Shown here one piece after another: positions 19,116 through 29,605 of a stretch of 64,000 nucleotides of DNA. The DNA comes from Nitrospirota bacterium. Its GTDB lineage: Bacteria; Nitrospirota; Nitrospiria; Nitrospirales; Nitrospiraceae. Position 1 is the stretch's first letter. The number at the start of each line of letters is the position of its first letter. The notes under the pieces are model-generated. The model did no database searches. It was not told where the DNA came from and saw only the letters and a program-made list of their open reading frames with translations. The position numbers and the translations under genes were made by a program. The stretch is from contig CAVPBK010000007.1 of the NCBI GenBank assembly GCA_963701855.1, positions 1-64,000 on the forward strand. The letters run 5' to 3'.

Positions 19116-19425
19116 AATAACCCACTACCTGGGAGATCCTTATGCATTGGGGGATGTCCGGTCCCGGTCCCATTCCAATAAGACCTCAAAAAACTCTACG
19201 AGGTTGTTGGTAATGACGCCCGCGTCCTCTTCTGTCAAGGACACGTCATGATAGCCCTGCCAGGCCTGGCGCGTCTGCGTGACCTACGCAGAGGAGCAGG
19301 GTTTCCGACGGTGAGGGGTCGCCATGCTAACTCCCGTCGAGATGATCTTCACGCTCGTCTGCTTGCAGAGGATCGTACGGGATCCACCGAGGGGGGCACC
19401 TCCAAAGCAATGAAAGCAATGTGCT

Positions 19426-20210
19426 AATGAAATGGACCCAGCCTTCTTCCACCCGAGTCTCACGCGAGGCACAATGGGTAGTGTTGCGCGCGCAACCCAC
19501 ACGCATCGTCAGGAAGAAAGGAGGGGCTGTTATGCGCAGTACAACCTTGGAAATTGATCTGGCGAAAAACGTGTTCCAGTAGTACGGGATGATGCTCGAG
19601 GGCACGCCGTGCTAGCCGATGCGTGAAGCGTCAGCAGGTATTGGATACGGTGGCGAACCTGCCGGCCTGTGTGATCGGGATGGAGGCATGCGGGAGTGCG
19701 CATTCATTATTGGGGTCGAGCGTTTGAACAGCTCGGGCATTGCCTCTAGTTGATGAGTCCCAGATATGTCCGGAATGATCGTCACGATGCGGAAGCAATC
19801 TGCGAAGCGGCGAGTCGGCCCACCAGGCGCTGTGTCTCGATCAAGACGGTGGAACAAGTCGATCTGCAGGCTGTGCACCGGACGCGGTCGCTCTTTGTGA
19901 AACATCGGACCGCCGTCATCAATCAGATTCGGGATTTGTTGGCCGAGTATTAGTGATTGGACAATCTCTGGAGAAGGTCCGGCCCGCCCTCGTCCGTTTT
20001 CTGGATGACGCGGCGTCGGGATTGACCACCTTTGCCCGGGAGATCTTCGCCAAGTTGTACGCGCAACTGACGGAGCTCGACGCGCATATTGAGCGGGGGA
20101 CGCACCGGATAGAGTGCTTGTTCCGGACGCATCCGGTGTGCCGGAAACTGGCCACGGTGCCGGGGAGTGGTCCGTTGAAGGCCACCGCGGTGCTGGCGAC
20201 TATCGGTGGA
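19426..20210 (+). mobile_element. IS110-family transposase pseudogene (3' truncated)
   Basis: IDLAKNVFQ*, IGMEACGSA, NDRHDAEAICEA, RTAVINQIR, LATVPGSGPLKATA across frames, with stops and frameshifts. Confidence 0.85.
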
Positions 20211-20520
20211 CCCGCTGAACCGCTTCCATGGGAAACCTCCGGCCCTCCGGGGGCTTTCCTCCCGATTGAATCAGATGAAGAAAGACAAATTGGTGCTGCG
20301 TCTTATAGCGTGTGGGCTTCTTCGCCGCTTACTCGTCGATCATTTCGGCAGCCATGCGGTAGCAGGTCTCCCTAACCTCGTGCCTTCTCAAGCGATTGTC
20401 AGCCGCAGCACACTAACAAACCGCAGGTCATCACGGTGATTGAGACTGTGCTTTGCGCAACCCGACAAGCTGAAAATATCGGCAAATCGGAGGGCAAGCA
20501 ATCTGATGACAGTGATGGGT

Positions 20521-22560
20521 CTATTGAGCCGTCAGATGGTGCGAGAAACGAACCCTGCCGCTATCATCGATGATGGTCACGTCCAGCGTAGTTCCCCGCA
20601 CAGTCACCTTGCCAAAGTTCATGAAGCCGCCTTCACTGAACAACGTGGTTGGTCTGAAGGCAGAATCTGGCAGGAGGGGCGCCATGGACGCGCCGGACAG
20701 AGGCCCACAGATGAACTCATGAAAATCGATCACCCCGTCGCCGTTCGCATCATAGGCGTTCGCTTGCACGTAATGGACGTCTCCGGCTAACCAGATGACA
20801 TTCCGAATCTTCCGTGAAAGAATCGTATCGACAATCACGCGCAATTCAGTTTGAAACCCCGTTCCGTCCGTTCCCCTCGCCCAACTGTCATTGCCCGGCA
20901 TAGCCAAGCTCCCGGCCTTCGGGGACGATAACGGCACGCTGCTCGCGATCAGCTTCCACTTCGCAGTGGAGTGGGCTAGTCCATTCAGTAACCACGCGAG
21001 TTGCGTCTGTCCCAGCATCGTCTTATTCGGCCCATCGAGATCGGCGTTGCGGCTCCGATACTGGCGAGTATCCAGGATAAAGACCTCGATATCGGTGCCA
21101 TAGCGCAGTTGCCGATACAACCGCGTTGGATCACCGGGAGGTGTGAGAATCGGCCAATACTCTAACAGCGCCTGCCGGCCTAGCGGCATCTGAGGATCAT
21201 ACGGACCAGAAAAATTGTTCCTGACATCGTGATCATCCCACGTTACCCAGATCGGAACCGACGCAAGAAACCGTTGCAGGGCTAACGATCCATGCTGGTA
21301 ACGATGCTTCGCTCGATACTGACTCAGAGTGGATGCCGTGAACTCGCTGCCCGAGGCATTGGGAGGGGATGGACACTGGTCATCGCCGTAGATGAGATCG
21401 CCCAACAGAATCGTAAAGTCCGACTTCTGAGCCCGCAATATATCGAAAATCGGATAGCCAGTCTGTTCGTCTCGACAACGATGTTGTCCCCCAAGATCGG
21501 CACTCCAGAGAAATGTGGCGGGAACAGACTCGTCCGACGAAGGTGCGGTCATGAATTCGCCTTGCATTGCTATTGTCGTGGATCCAGGCGGCTGTGCGGG
21601 CTGAATTGTGCGAACATCATAGCGGTAGCGGGTGGCTGGGATTAGACCTGTCAGTGGGACCTTCGCCGTAAAGTCCTGCTCCGTATTCGTGGAAAGCTGT
21701 TCTGTTTTCCTCAAGGATTGTTGTTGCGCCCCTCCCAGTTCAACTTGCTCCCAATTCTTGACTGTGGCAAAACGGACTTCGACCTGAGCGGGACCATCCG
21801 TCCGTAACCAGACTAAGGCAGAGTCATGGGTCACATCGCCTGTCGCAATTCCATGGGACACGGCTCCAGTCCATGAGAAAGAAGACGTCTCGAACGGATT
21901 GTCGATACAATAGGTTTGGTGTTTTAATGGGTAATATCCACCAGGCAAATTAGGGAAGTCACTGATCGCATACCGACCGGTTTCCCACATGTGCACACAT
22001 CGGGCGAGTACATAGGGAGCCAGCCTCTGGACGCCATTGATGGTGACTTTTTGGGTTCCTTTCACGAGTCCCACCAGGATGAACTTATTTCCTTGCTGGA
22101 GCCCTAGAGGATCTAGGCGTCCCTTGTACAGAAACACAAACCAGCCAGTAGATTTGGCGGTCTCCACAACCCCAGTCGCTGCTTGAGTGAGAGGCAACTC
22201 CTCGGCTGTAATTAGAGGCCCATCAGATGTCTGCTCAATGGCGATGATCCGACCGCCTGCTTGGGCAAGATGGTCTTTGAAATAGACGTCGGCCTCCGGA
22301 TTAGAGATCCCCATTTGCAGAGCAGGGTCCAGATCCTTGACCGCAGAGGGTGGGAACAATGGTTTCGCACATGACACCACAGAGAATGCAAGGAACGTCC
22401 CGCATAAGCAGATCAGCAGGTTGGCCTTCCACGCAATCTTCCCATGCGAATGACAGGGCGACACTGCATGGAGTAAGGATTTTCTGAAGGCGATAGGGGG
22501 AGGAATCATGTGTGCAGGATTCACTCTTTCTGATGAGCTCGCATCGCTGACTTCAAGCAT
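20521..22560 (-). CDS. phoD: Slp-domain / PhoD alkaline phosphatase fusion lipoprotein (true start likely downstream)
   Basis: Lipobox VVSC; Slp motifs GGRII, EELPL, CVHMW; PhoD motifs GIATGDVT, LGDLIYGD, WDDHD, LDTRQYRS, GDVH in one frame. Confidence 0.85.
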   Translation of the reverse strand: MLEVSDASSSERVNPAHMIPPPIAFRKSLLHAVSPCHSHGKIAWKANLLICLCGTFLAFSVVSCAKPLFPPSAVKDLDPALQMGISNPEADVYFKDHLAQAGGRIIAIEQTSDGPLITAEELPLTQAATGVVETAKSTGWFVFLYKGRLDPLGLQQGNKFILVGLVKGTQKVTINGVQRLAPYVLARCVHMWETGRYAISDFPNLPGGYYPLKHQTYCIDNPFETSSFSWTGAVSHGIATGDVTHDSALVWLRTDGPAQVEVRFATVKNWEQVELGGAQQQSLRKTEQLSTNTEQDFTAKVPLTGLIPATRYRYDVRTIQPAQPPGSTTIAMQGEFMTAPSSDESVPATFLWSADLGGQHRCRDEQTGYPIFDILRAQKSDFTILLGDLIYGDDQCPSPPNASGSEFTASTLSQYRAKHRYQHGSLALQRFLASVPIWVTWDDHDVRNNFSGPYDPQMPLGRQALLEYWPILTPPGDPTRLYRQLRYGTDIEVFILDTRQYRSRNADLDGPNKTMLGQTQLAWLLNGLAHSTAKWKLIASSVPLSSPKAGSLAMPGNDSWARGTDGTGFQTELRVIVDTILSRKIRNVIWLAGDVHYVQANAYDANGDGVIDFHEFICGPLSGASMAPLLPDSAFRPTTLFSEGGFMNFGKVTVRGTTLDVTIIDDSGRVRFSHHLTAQ

Positions 22561-22880
22561 TTGCGCCTCACTTGTTACTTTTAACGGGTTACTTTTTCAC
22601 CTGTGACTATCATCCCATGTAGAAGTATCGCATGATCGCCATCAAATTGAATTGCGGAGGGACATCCAATGAGGAAGCATCGCAATATGATAACACCACT
22701 AACTCATTTTTCCCTCCTCCTCTGAAGTGAAGCCCGTATCTGCTACCACACTGCGACTAGGACAGGACAAATGATCCCCGTAAGGCCCCATGTCGAGAGC
22801 ACCCTGGGTTATGGTTCCTTGTGGGGTTAGGTTGTCTGAGGTTGGGTTATCGGAAATTCGCAAACTGCAGGCCATGGCGA

Positions 22881-23052
22881 TTGGTGCCAAGCTGGTGCCA
22901 AAATACCCTGACACACCATGACCCCTCATGAGTTGTCCCATCACGGATCTTCCTCTTTTGCTGCTGATTTGTTCTGCTGAGTGTCCTGAGGTAGGGCTTG
23001 GGCGGGACTCTTAATCAGCGGGCCGTAGGTTCGACCCCTACACGGCCCACCA
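22881..23052 (+). repeat. att-like element, tRNA-Lys(CTT) family, copy 2 (attR-like)
   Basis: TGGTGCCAAGCTGGTGCCAA arm plus tRNA 3' half. Confidence 0.9.
23006..23052 (+). tRNA. 3' half fragment of tRNA-Lys(CTT); non-functional
   Basis: GACTCTTAATCAGCGGGCCGTAGGTTCGACCCCTACACGGCCCACCA; 5' anticodon stem, D-arm and acceptor 5' strand missing. Confidence 0.88.
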
Positions 23053-23774
23053 AGTTCTTCAATGTGCCGAAGAAATAGGTGGAAGTAGCAGAGTATCGGC
23101 GGTCAGGCCGCCGTCAGTGCGATTGCTTCAATTCTAAACTCTAGTGCGCGAGTTAAGGATAGTTGTATACTTCCCCCTGGCAAAGCCCAAAGGTCAGGAT
23201 GAAGCAGGGGCGTGGAACTTTCGAGAAGTTCCACGAGACATCATCATTAAGGCCAAGATCCAGGCGGCTGTTGAGAGCAAGTTTGTGAAAGCCTTGCTCA
23301 TAGATCTCGTGGAAGTGCATTGGCAGGAGTTAGAGCGGAAAGGTATCTTGCCGAAGGGCAAGTGACGGGCGCTTATTGTCTAGCAGGTTGGGGAAAAACT
23401 CGCTCGTTCATTGGGCGAAGCCCGTAAAAGCACGGTTTTCGATTGAATAAGTAATTGAATAAGTAAAATGTCTCGGCATGGGCTGTTCGCCTGTCCTAAT
23501 CGAAGTAAATGCGGTTTTCGAATAAGTTTGAGGTCATTCCAGACATCGAAGTCCACGCTTCGGAAGAGGCTAGAAAATGTTTTTTCGCAGTCTGCTGTTA
23601 GACAGGTACTTTGTGCGTCTTGCAATTCGGCAGGGGGAGGATCCCACGGTGTGGCTCATTCCGTTTCTCCATCGCCTTGCGATTGAATGCAAATCCTAGC
23701 CGCCGGGTATCTGCCAGCTTGTCTGCAGGAGCTGGAAAAGTAGGGCCTCCTGCCGAAGGGAAAGGGATAACCGC

Positions 23775-24062
23775 ATGAGCAAGATTGTCAATTATCGGGA
23801 ATACACCATCAGTTCTAACCCTTTGCAACTGTTGGGAAGAGGCGAATGGAAACCGGAAATTTTGATTTCCTCCCAGCGTGAGGGGGTCGTGACATCGGAG
23901 CCTTATGCGGATGAAACCATCTACACAACGGAAGAGGCAGCTGATAACCATGGGATCACGTTGGGCCAAGAGATTATCGACGGAAAGGTCCCGGAATTGT
24001 CGGGGAATTACGACGAGCACGAGCTTTTTAAAGCAAGCACGCCATTCACCGATCGGAAATAA
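23775..24062 (+). CDS. Small hypothetical protein
   Basis: Protein-like YREYTISSNP...TEEAADNHGITLGQEIIDG; purine-rich RBS. Confidence 0.6.
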   Translation: MSKIVNYREYTISSNPLQLLGRGEWKPEILISSQREGVVTSEPYADETIYTTEEAADNHGITLGQEIIDGKVPELSGNYDEHELFKASTPFTDRK

Positions 24063-24253
24063 TGAGAGAGACAGGCTTCAAGGGGCATCGCCTTCAATGG
24101 CGTTCCACTGTGTGTGGTAGTACCTCTCAGCCTCAATCAACATTATCGCTACTGCACTACTACCAAAACAAGTCAAACCATCCCAACCCATCAAGCTGAG
24201 TGATACGTTGAGCCGGGCGGCCACACAAATTCATTTTTAAGGAGACCTCCTAG

Positions 24254-25270
24254 ATGCCCAAGAAGCTGTCACCACCGGAAATCATGCGGAACCTCACCAT
24301 CGGATATTGGGTCGCACGACTTATTCACGTCGCCGCGACACTCAAGCTGGCCGACCTCCTGAAGAAGGGACCACGCACGGTCGAAGATTTGGCAGCAGCT
24401 ACGGGCGTTCAGCCGCACGGGCTCTACCGTATCCTCCGCGCGCTGGCGAGCGTCGGCATCTTTGCAGAGACCAAGAACCGGCGGTTCAAACTCACGCCGC
24501 TCGCCGCAACCCTTCAAACAGGCGTCCCGGCCTCCATGCACGCCTGGGCGCTGATGATAAACGACAACTGGCAATGGAATGCCTGGATGGAACTCCCCCA
24601 TGGAGTCAAGACCAGCGAGGTACCGTTCCTCAAGGCCCACGGTGTTCCGATCTTCGAATATCTTGAAAAACACTCCGAGGACCTCCAGGTCTTTGGCGAA
24701 TCGATGACCAGCCTCTCCAGGACCGAAAACCCCACAATCCCAGCCGCGTATAAATTCTCCGGAATCCGGACCCTGGTGGATGTCGGCGGTGGACATGGCA
24801 GCCTCCTGGCCACCATCCTCAAAGCGAACCCAAAGCTGAAGGGTGTGCTCTACGACCAGCACTCTGTCGTCTCCCGCGCTGAGAAGGACCAGTACGTGAC
24901 TGCGAAAGGCATCAAGGAACGCTGCAGGCTCGAATCCGGGAACTTCTTCGAGGCCGTGCCAACAGGCGGCGATGCCTACATCATGAAATATATCCTCCAC
25001 GATTGGAACGATGAAGAGTGCGTGAAAATTCTTGCGAACTGCCGCGCCGCCATGAATGAGAAGGGGAAGGTTCTCATCGTCGACAACGTTATCGATTCCG
25101 GCAACGACCCAAGCTGGGGCAAACTCCTCGACATTCAAATGCTCATCATCGGAGGACGCGAGCGCACGAAGAAGGAGTTCGCTTCGATGTTCGCAGAGGC
25201 CGGCTTGAAGCTGACCCGAGTGGTGCCGACCAAGGGTCCTCTCAGCATTGTCGAAGGAGTTCGAGCATGA
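24254..25270 (+). CDS. SAM-dependent O-methyltransferase (family 2, with dimerisation domain)
   Basis: LVDVGGGHG, GNFF, YIMKYILHDWND, GGRERT; AAGGAG RBS. Confidence 0.93.
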   Translation: MPKKLSPPEIMRNLTIGYWVARLIHVAATLKLADLLKKGPRTVEDLAAATGVQPHGLYRILRALASVGIFAETKNRRFKLTPLAATLQTGVPASMHAWALMINDNWQWNAWMELPHGVKTSEVPFLKAHGVPIFEYLEKHSEDLQVFGESMTSLSRTENPTIPAAYKFSGIRTLVDVGGGHGSLLATILKANPKLKGVLYDQHSVVSRAEKDQYVTAKGIKERCRLESGNFFEAVPTGGDAYIMKYILHDWNDEECVKILANCRAAMNEKGKVLIVDNVIDSGNDPSWGKLLDIQMLIIGGRERTKKEFASMFAEAGLKLTRVVPTKGPLSIVEGVRA

Positions 25271-25799
25271 CGGTCTGGACTAGGAAGGCGGCGGAGTGGA
25301 ACTCTCGTTGCTTCGATGCGAAGCGTGGTCGCGGGGGCTCTCAATCGTCGTCGGTGGTTTATGTCGTGTCTTGTCCAGCAACCGCGTGTTTCGGTCTCCT
25401 GCATGAATGACTGAGGCACGAGGGGCCGGCGAACGGTCGTCGGTAGCCAGTGTGCGAGGAGCGTCCTGCTGTCTAACAAGCACTTCTAGCCAACGAGCGC
25501 GGCGTATAGAATTCGCGGGCCGCTGCGATGCCACGTTCCAATCCAAACGAAGACCACCCCATGGTACTGTTCTAAATTTTGGCTAAAGATCTGCACTACG
25601 GATCAAGTTCTACAGAATCAATAGAATGCATGGAATCATCTCAAGCCCTTGTTCGCTGAGAAAAAACAGGGAAACTGCTACCGCCACACAAATATTTTAT
25701 TTCGCCAAACACAACATGCTCATGATCCCAATGGCCATTGCCCGAAAGAAGAAGTATGGTGGCAAGAAAGATCGGACTCTCAGGAAGCCAAAACTAATC

Positions 25800-25928
25800 C
25801 TGGTGCCAAAACACCCTGACACAGGATGATTCATGTTGATATGCGAAATCACAAATTCTCCTCCTTTGCTGCTGATTCGTTCTGCTGAGTGTTCTGAGGT
25901 AGCTCTTCGACGGGACTCTTAATCAGCG
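25800..25928 (+). repeat. att-like element, tRNA-Lys(CTT) family, copy 3 (core only)
   Basis: CTGGTGCCAAAACACCCTGACAC...TGCTGAGTGTTCTGAG...GGACTCTTAATCAGCG. Confidence 0.85.
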
Positions 25929-26192
25929 TGCCGACGGCGAAACCGATCCTCTATGCGGCCTCTCATTCGTCCAAGCTAGCGCTTCTTGCTCAGCGCGGGG
26001 ACGCGCTAGCCATGTTCTCGCACACTCGAAGTCTTTCCTGAGAATTGAATGGAGTTGGGAGTTTTATTGACACATGGGGGGTATCGGTCCAGTGTTGCAT
26101 TGTGCGGGTGGGCTGGTGGGGGTGATGCCGGATCTGCTGTTGGCCTGCACCGCGGTGGTGTGAAAGCAGATTGTTATGAGGATGGATCGCCT

Positions 26193-26540
26193 ATGAAGAA
26201 GGAATATTGGCTTTACGGTTTAGCTCTCGTGACTGGAATTCTGGTGTGGGTCGTCGTGTCCAACGCCACCGGACGGAGAGAGGCGTGGGACTCCCAGTGG
26301 TATTTTCTCATTAGCGTTCCAGTAGTCTGCATCGTATCTGCCGCGCTCGGTTTTGTTGAGCCGAACAGGCCGTGGCGATGGGGGGTCGCTCCTCTTGTGG
26401 GCCAGTTTTCCTGGATGCTGTTCACTCAAGGGCCGGGTAATCTGCTGCCGCTTGGGGTAGTGGTGTTCGGTATGCTCTCCGTGCCATCGATCATTACGGC
26501 GCGGATCGGCGCATTTTTTGGAAGCAAGCGTGTGAAATAA
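26193..26540 (+). CDS. Small integral membrane protein
   Basis: Several hydrophobic segments from MKKEYWLYG; REAWDS and PWRW motifs. Confidence 0.7.
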   Translation: MKKEYWLYGLALVTGILVWVVVSNATGRREAWDSQWYFLISVPVVCIVSAALGFVEPNRPWRWGVAPLVGQFSWMLFTQGPGNLLPLGVVVFGMLSVPSIITARIGAFFGSKRVK

Positions 26541-26924
26541 CATGAAGCTTCGCGCAGTGTTCTGGCTGGTCGATGCCTTCGTGATCAGCTTCTTCGCCGT
26601 GGGTTTTCCCTATCGGCAGATCCCCTACGCAAAGGTTTCGCTGTCAAGTGCCTTGTACGAACGGGTTTGCTTGTGGTCGGTGTTCTAGCCGCTGCCGCCC
26701 GCGCAGTTGGAATCATCCTAGCCATCCCGTAGTAAAGTAGTAAGTCGGCCCTGCTGGATGGCCTTTTGAGCATCCTGCAAGAGCGTTCTTGGACCACATG
26801 TGCAGACCCTCGAAGCTCTCGCGTGCCGAAATGGTTGTTCTGCAGCCTGTTAGGTAAGACATACCGCTTAGCACAGGTGGTGCTCTCGTGATCGAGGAAA
26901 CGATGAAAGAGGGGAGGAGTCGAG

Positions 26925-27222
26925 GCAACTGACCCTCATCCGTCTCGATACCAAGGTGCTTCTCAGGCTCAGGGCCGCTGCAGCAAAACGGCACGTCCTG
27001 TATCAGTTGCTCATTAGCGACTTGTTGGCGAGCGAAACAAAGAAGGTGGATTAAGTGGTATCGAAACGCATTCTGAGGAAGCGACGGCATCAGAGATAGC
27101 CTGACATGCTCCCAGAGTATGACTTCAGCAAAGGTATCTGTGGGAAATATGCGAAACGGTAGGCAGAGGAAGGGAATGTCGTCGTTCTTTCCCCGGGCAT
27201 GGCCAAGGTATTTCCAACTTCT
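26925..27222 (+). pseudogene. Two tandem antitoxin (BrnA/CopG-like) remnants
   Basis: QLTLIRLDTKVLLRLRAAAAKRHVLYQLLISDLL and DMLPEYDFSKGICGKYAKR*AEEGNVVVLSPGMAKVFP. Confidence 0.55.
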
Positions 27223-27654
27223 GTCTGGTCAGGGTGGGGGAGAAAGCGAACGAGAAAACTGTCGGCGTGACAGGCGCCTGTTCACCCAGGATTGCCAGGA
27301 TATTAAAGCCTGACCATGAGTTTTTGTCCGCGGCCGATTATATTGGCAACCGACACCTCCTAACATGCTTAATGCATTGACTATTCCAGCCTCAATTTAT
27401 ACTGCTTGACTCCCGTACTCATTGCGTCCAGGGTGATGGTGCGAGGTGTGAAGCTCGCTGACTGTCCCATCTCTTGCGCTTCCTGATTCTTCCTGGCGTG
27501 ACCGATTCTCCAGTCTTCTCCGTTTCAATGTCAGAGTTTCTCTGAACGGCTGTATGCCTTGTGTCATGGTCTGCTGATGGAGGCGGCCAGGACGTCGGCC
27601 ATGTGCCGGAGGACCGTTCGACTCACGCTCGCATTCCATAGAAAGGAATGAGCC

Positions 27655-27822
27655 ATGCTTTACTACGCACTGGTGTTCCTAGTGGTCGGTGTGATTGCCG
27701 GCGCCCTGAATCTTGCCGGGGTGTCCGCGGTTGCGGTGCAGATCTCTTGGGTTCTATTTTTGATCGGGATCGTGTTGGTCGCGATCCATGTGATCACAGG
27801 GCGCTCCGCTCGGGTTGCATGA
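27655..27822 (+). CDS. DUF1328 small membrane protein (absent from ORF track)
   Basis: MLYYALVFLVVGVIAGALNLAGVSAVAVQISWVLFLIGIVLVAIHVITGRSARVA. Confidence 0.88.
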   Translation: MLYYALVFLVVGVIAGALNLAGVSAVAVQISWVLFLIGIVLVAIHVITGRSARVA

Positions 27823-27920
27823 TCGGAAGCTGTCGGGATGTCCGACAGTGTCTCGGCGCGATGATCTGACGTTACACAGTGAAGCTCGAGCATCGATTTT
27901 TCACACAGGAGGATGATGCG

Positions 27921-28151
27921 ATGAATGCTGAACAACTCAAGGGGAAATGGACCCATTTCAAAGGCGATTTGAAACAGCAGTGGGGCGAGTTTACCGATGA
28001 TGATTTGAAGCAGATTGAAGGGAACTACGAGAAATTTATCGGCAAAGTTCAAGAACGGTATGCCGGGAAAAAGGTCGAGCTGATGAAGTGGGCGGACGCG
28101 TGGCATGCGAAGCCTGCCGCGCCGAAAGTCGTGGAGAAGAAGCCCCGCTGA
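27921..28151 (+). CDS. csbD: CsbD-family stress protein
   Basis: MNAEQLKGKWTHFKGDLKQQWGEFTDDDL...VQERY; AGGAGG RBS. Confidence 0.9.
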   Translation: MNAEQLKGKWTHFKGDLKQQWGEFTDDDLKQIEGNYEKFIGKVQERYAGKKVELMKWADAWHAKPAAPKVVEKKPR

Positions 28152-28214
28152 ATGGATGCAACTCATGAAAGTCGTTTGACGACACACTTTTACATTTCGG
28201 TTAAGGAGAAGACT

Positions 28215-28772
28215 ATGAACACACGCTATATACTGACACTCTGCACGGCCTTGGTTATCGGTGGGGCACTGATCACCGGATCGGCCCATGCGCTCAGCAA
28301 GGCCGACGAGAAGACGACGATCACCGACACATGGCTCACGGCGAAAACCAAGATCGCCCTCGCTGCCGATGGTCGGGTCAAAGGGAGCGAAATCAATGTC
28401 GAGACCTCACAGGGCTCGGTGATCATCCGCGGCAAGGTGGATTCTGACGAGGCGAAGCAGGCGGCGGAAGGGATTACCACAGGGATCGACGGCGTCAAGA
28501 CGGTGAAGAACGAGCTCCAAGTCGTCGCCCCTGCCAAACGCGAGGCGATCGATGACAAAGATTCGTCAATTACGATACTGGTCATTGCGAAGATTGCGAA
28601 AGACTACTCTCTGAGTGGTGCCGGTATCCATGCCCAGACCAATGCGGGCGTGGTGTCGCTGAGCGGCGAAGTGCCGAGCCTGATGACCAGTGCCCAAGCG
28701 TCTTGGACTGTCTGGCAGGTTCCCGGCGTGAAGTCGGTGAAGAATGATCTGACGGTAAAGGAAAAAGCCTAA
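28215..28772 (+). CDS. Dual BON-domain (OsmY-like) protein
   Basis: Signal peptide; DTWLTAKTKIALA, INVET, GVKTVKNEL, GVKSVKNDL. Confidence 0.9.
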   Translation: MNTRYILTLCTALVIGGALITGSAHALSKADEKTTITDTWLTAKTKIALAADGRVKGSEINVETSQGSVIIRGKVDSDEAKQAAEGITTGIDGVKTVKNELQVVAPAKREAIDDKDSSITILVIAKIAKDYSLSGAGIHAQTNAGVVSLSGEVPSLMTSAQASWTVWQVPGVKSVKNDLTVKEKA

Positions 28773-29079
28773 GATTTTACTCGCAAGACACGGGAGCTCT
28801 ACGTCCGTCGATATCCGATCATAGTGGTGTCGACGGACGACAAGGTTCGGCCAGAATGATCATCTTTGTCACCACCATGTTTTTGTTTCCGCTTGGGCTC
28901 GTGGCCCTCCACCTCTATTTGTCCGGCGTGTTCACAAAGAGAGCGTAGACCTTGTGAGCTCTAAGATGGCTGCCTGAGCGGAGCGAGGGCGTTTCAAGGC
29001 CACTGGCATGGCCATATATGAAAATTGTAGAGGAGTGACCGAGGATGCGCCGGGATATTGTGCACTTGGTGCGATAAGT

Positions 29080-29200
29080 CATGAGAAAAAGCCGCCGCGC
29101 GCGTACTGAGGTTCATCAATGCAAGTTGCCCGACGCACCTACGAACTGTATGAGCAACGGGGACGAAGAGTACTGGGGCTTGGAGGATCAATCTATAAGT
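29080..29200 (+). pseudogene. DUF2934 remnant
   Basis: QVARRTYELYEQRGR, then LEDQ in a shifted frame. Confidence 0.55.
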
Positions 29201-29605
29201 GTCGGTCGTCTCGCTCTACCCTGCCCTCCCGAGGAGCCGCCTTTTGCTCATTTCATTCTGCCGACGATGTTGCCGCTGCGACGTGTCATCCTATCGCTGT
29301 CGCACTGCACGGTTATGCCCCCGTCGCCGTTCTGTCGATCTATGCCCGCCGGCGGTATCGTAACCATGTCGGTTGTCAGACTCACGCGCTGAGTCGCAGA
29401 CTTGAGCCCCACCATGAATGAACACCCGGGAAATCATTGCACGATGCCTGCTGTCATTAACAGGCATCGGAAGAACTATAGTGGCACAATGGAAATCCAA
29501 GGGTCTGCCCGTTTGGCTTTCCAGAAGAACACTCCCGCAGGATAGCCGATCGTGAGGAGGAGCGTATGCGGTGAGCGAGCCCCACGTTCTCATCTCATGC
29601 GCCCT

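Noticed and set aside
22981..23052. Intact tRNA-Lys (likewise tRNA-fMet at 10930 and tRNA-Arg at 17372)
   Set aside because: Only half of each cloverleaf is present and the anticodon stems cannot fully pair
23630..23680. GGGGGAGGATCCCACGGTGTGG as the 5' end of a structured RNA (e.g. 6S)
   Set aside because: Too short, and no complementary 3' strand found; needs an Rfam search
3619..25928. Classical integron with attC sites
   Set aside because: No intI gene and no attC-type RYYYAAC...GTTRRRY palindromes recognised; the repeats are tRNA-derived
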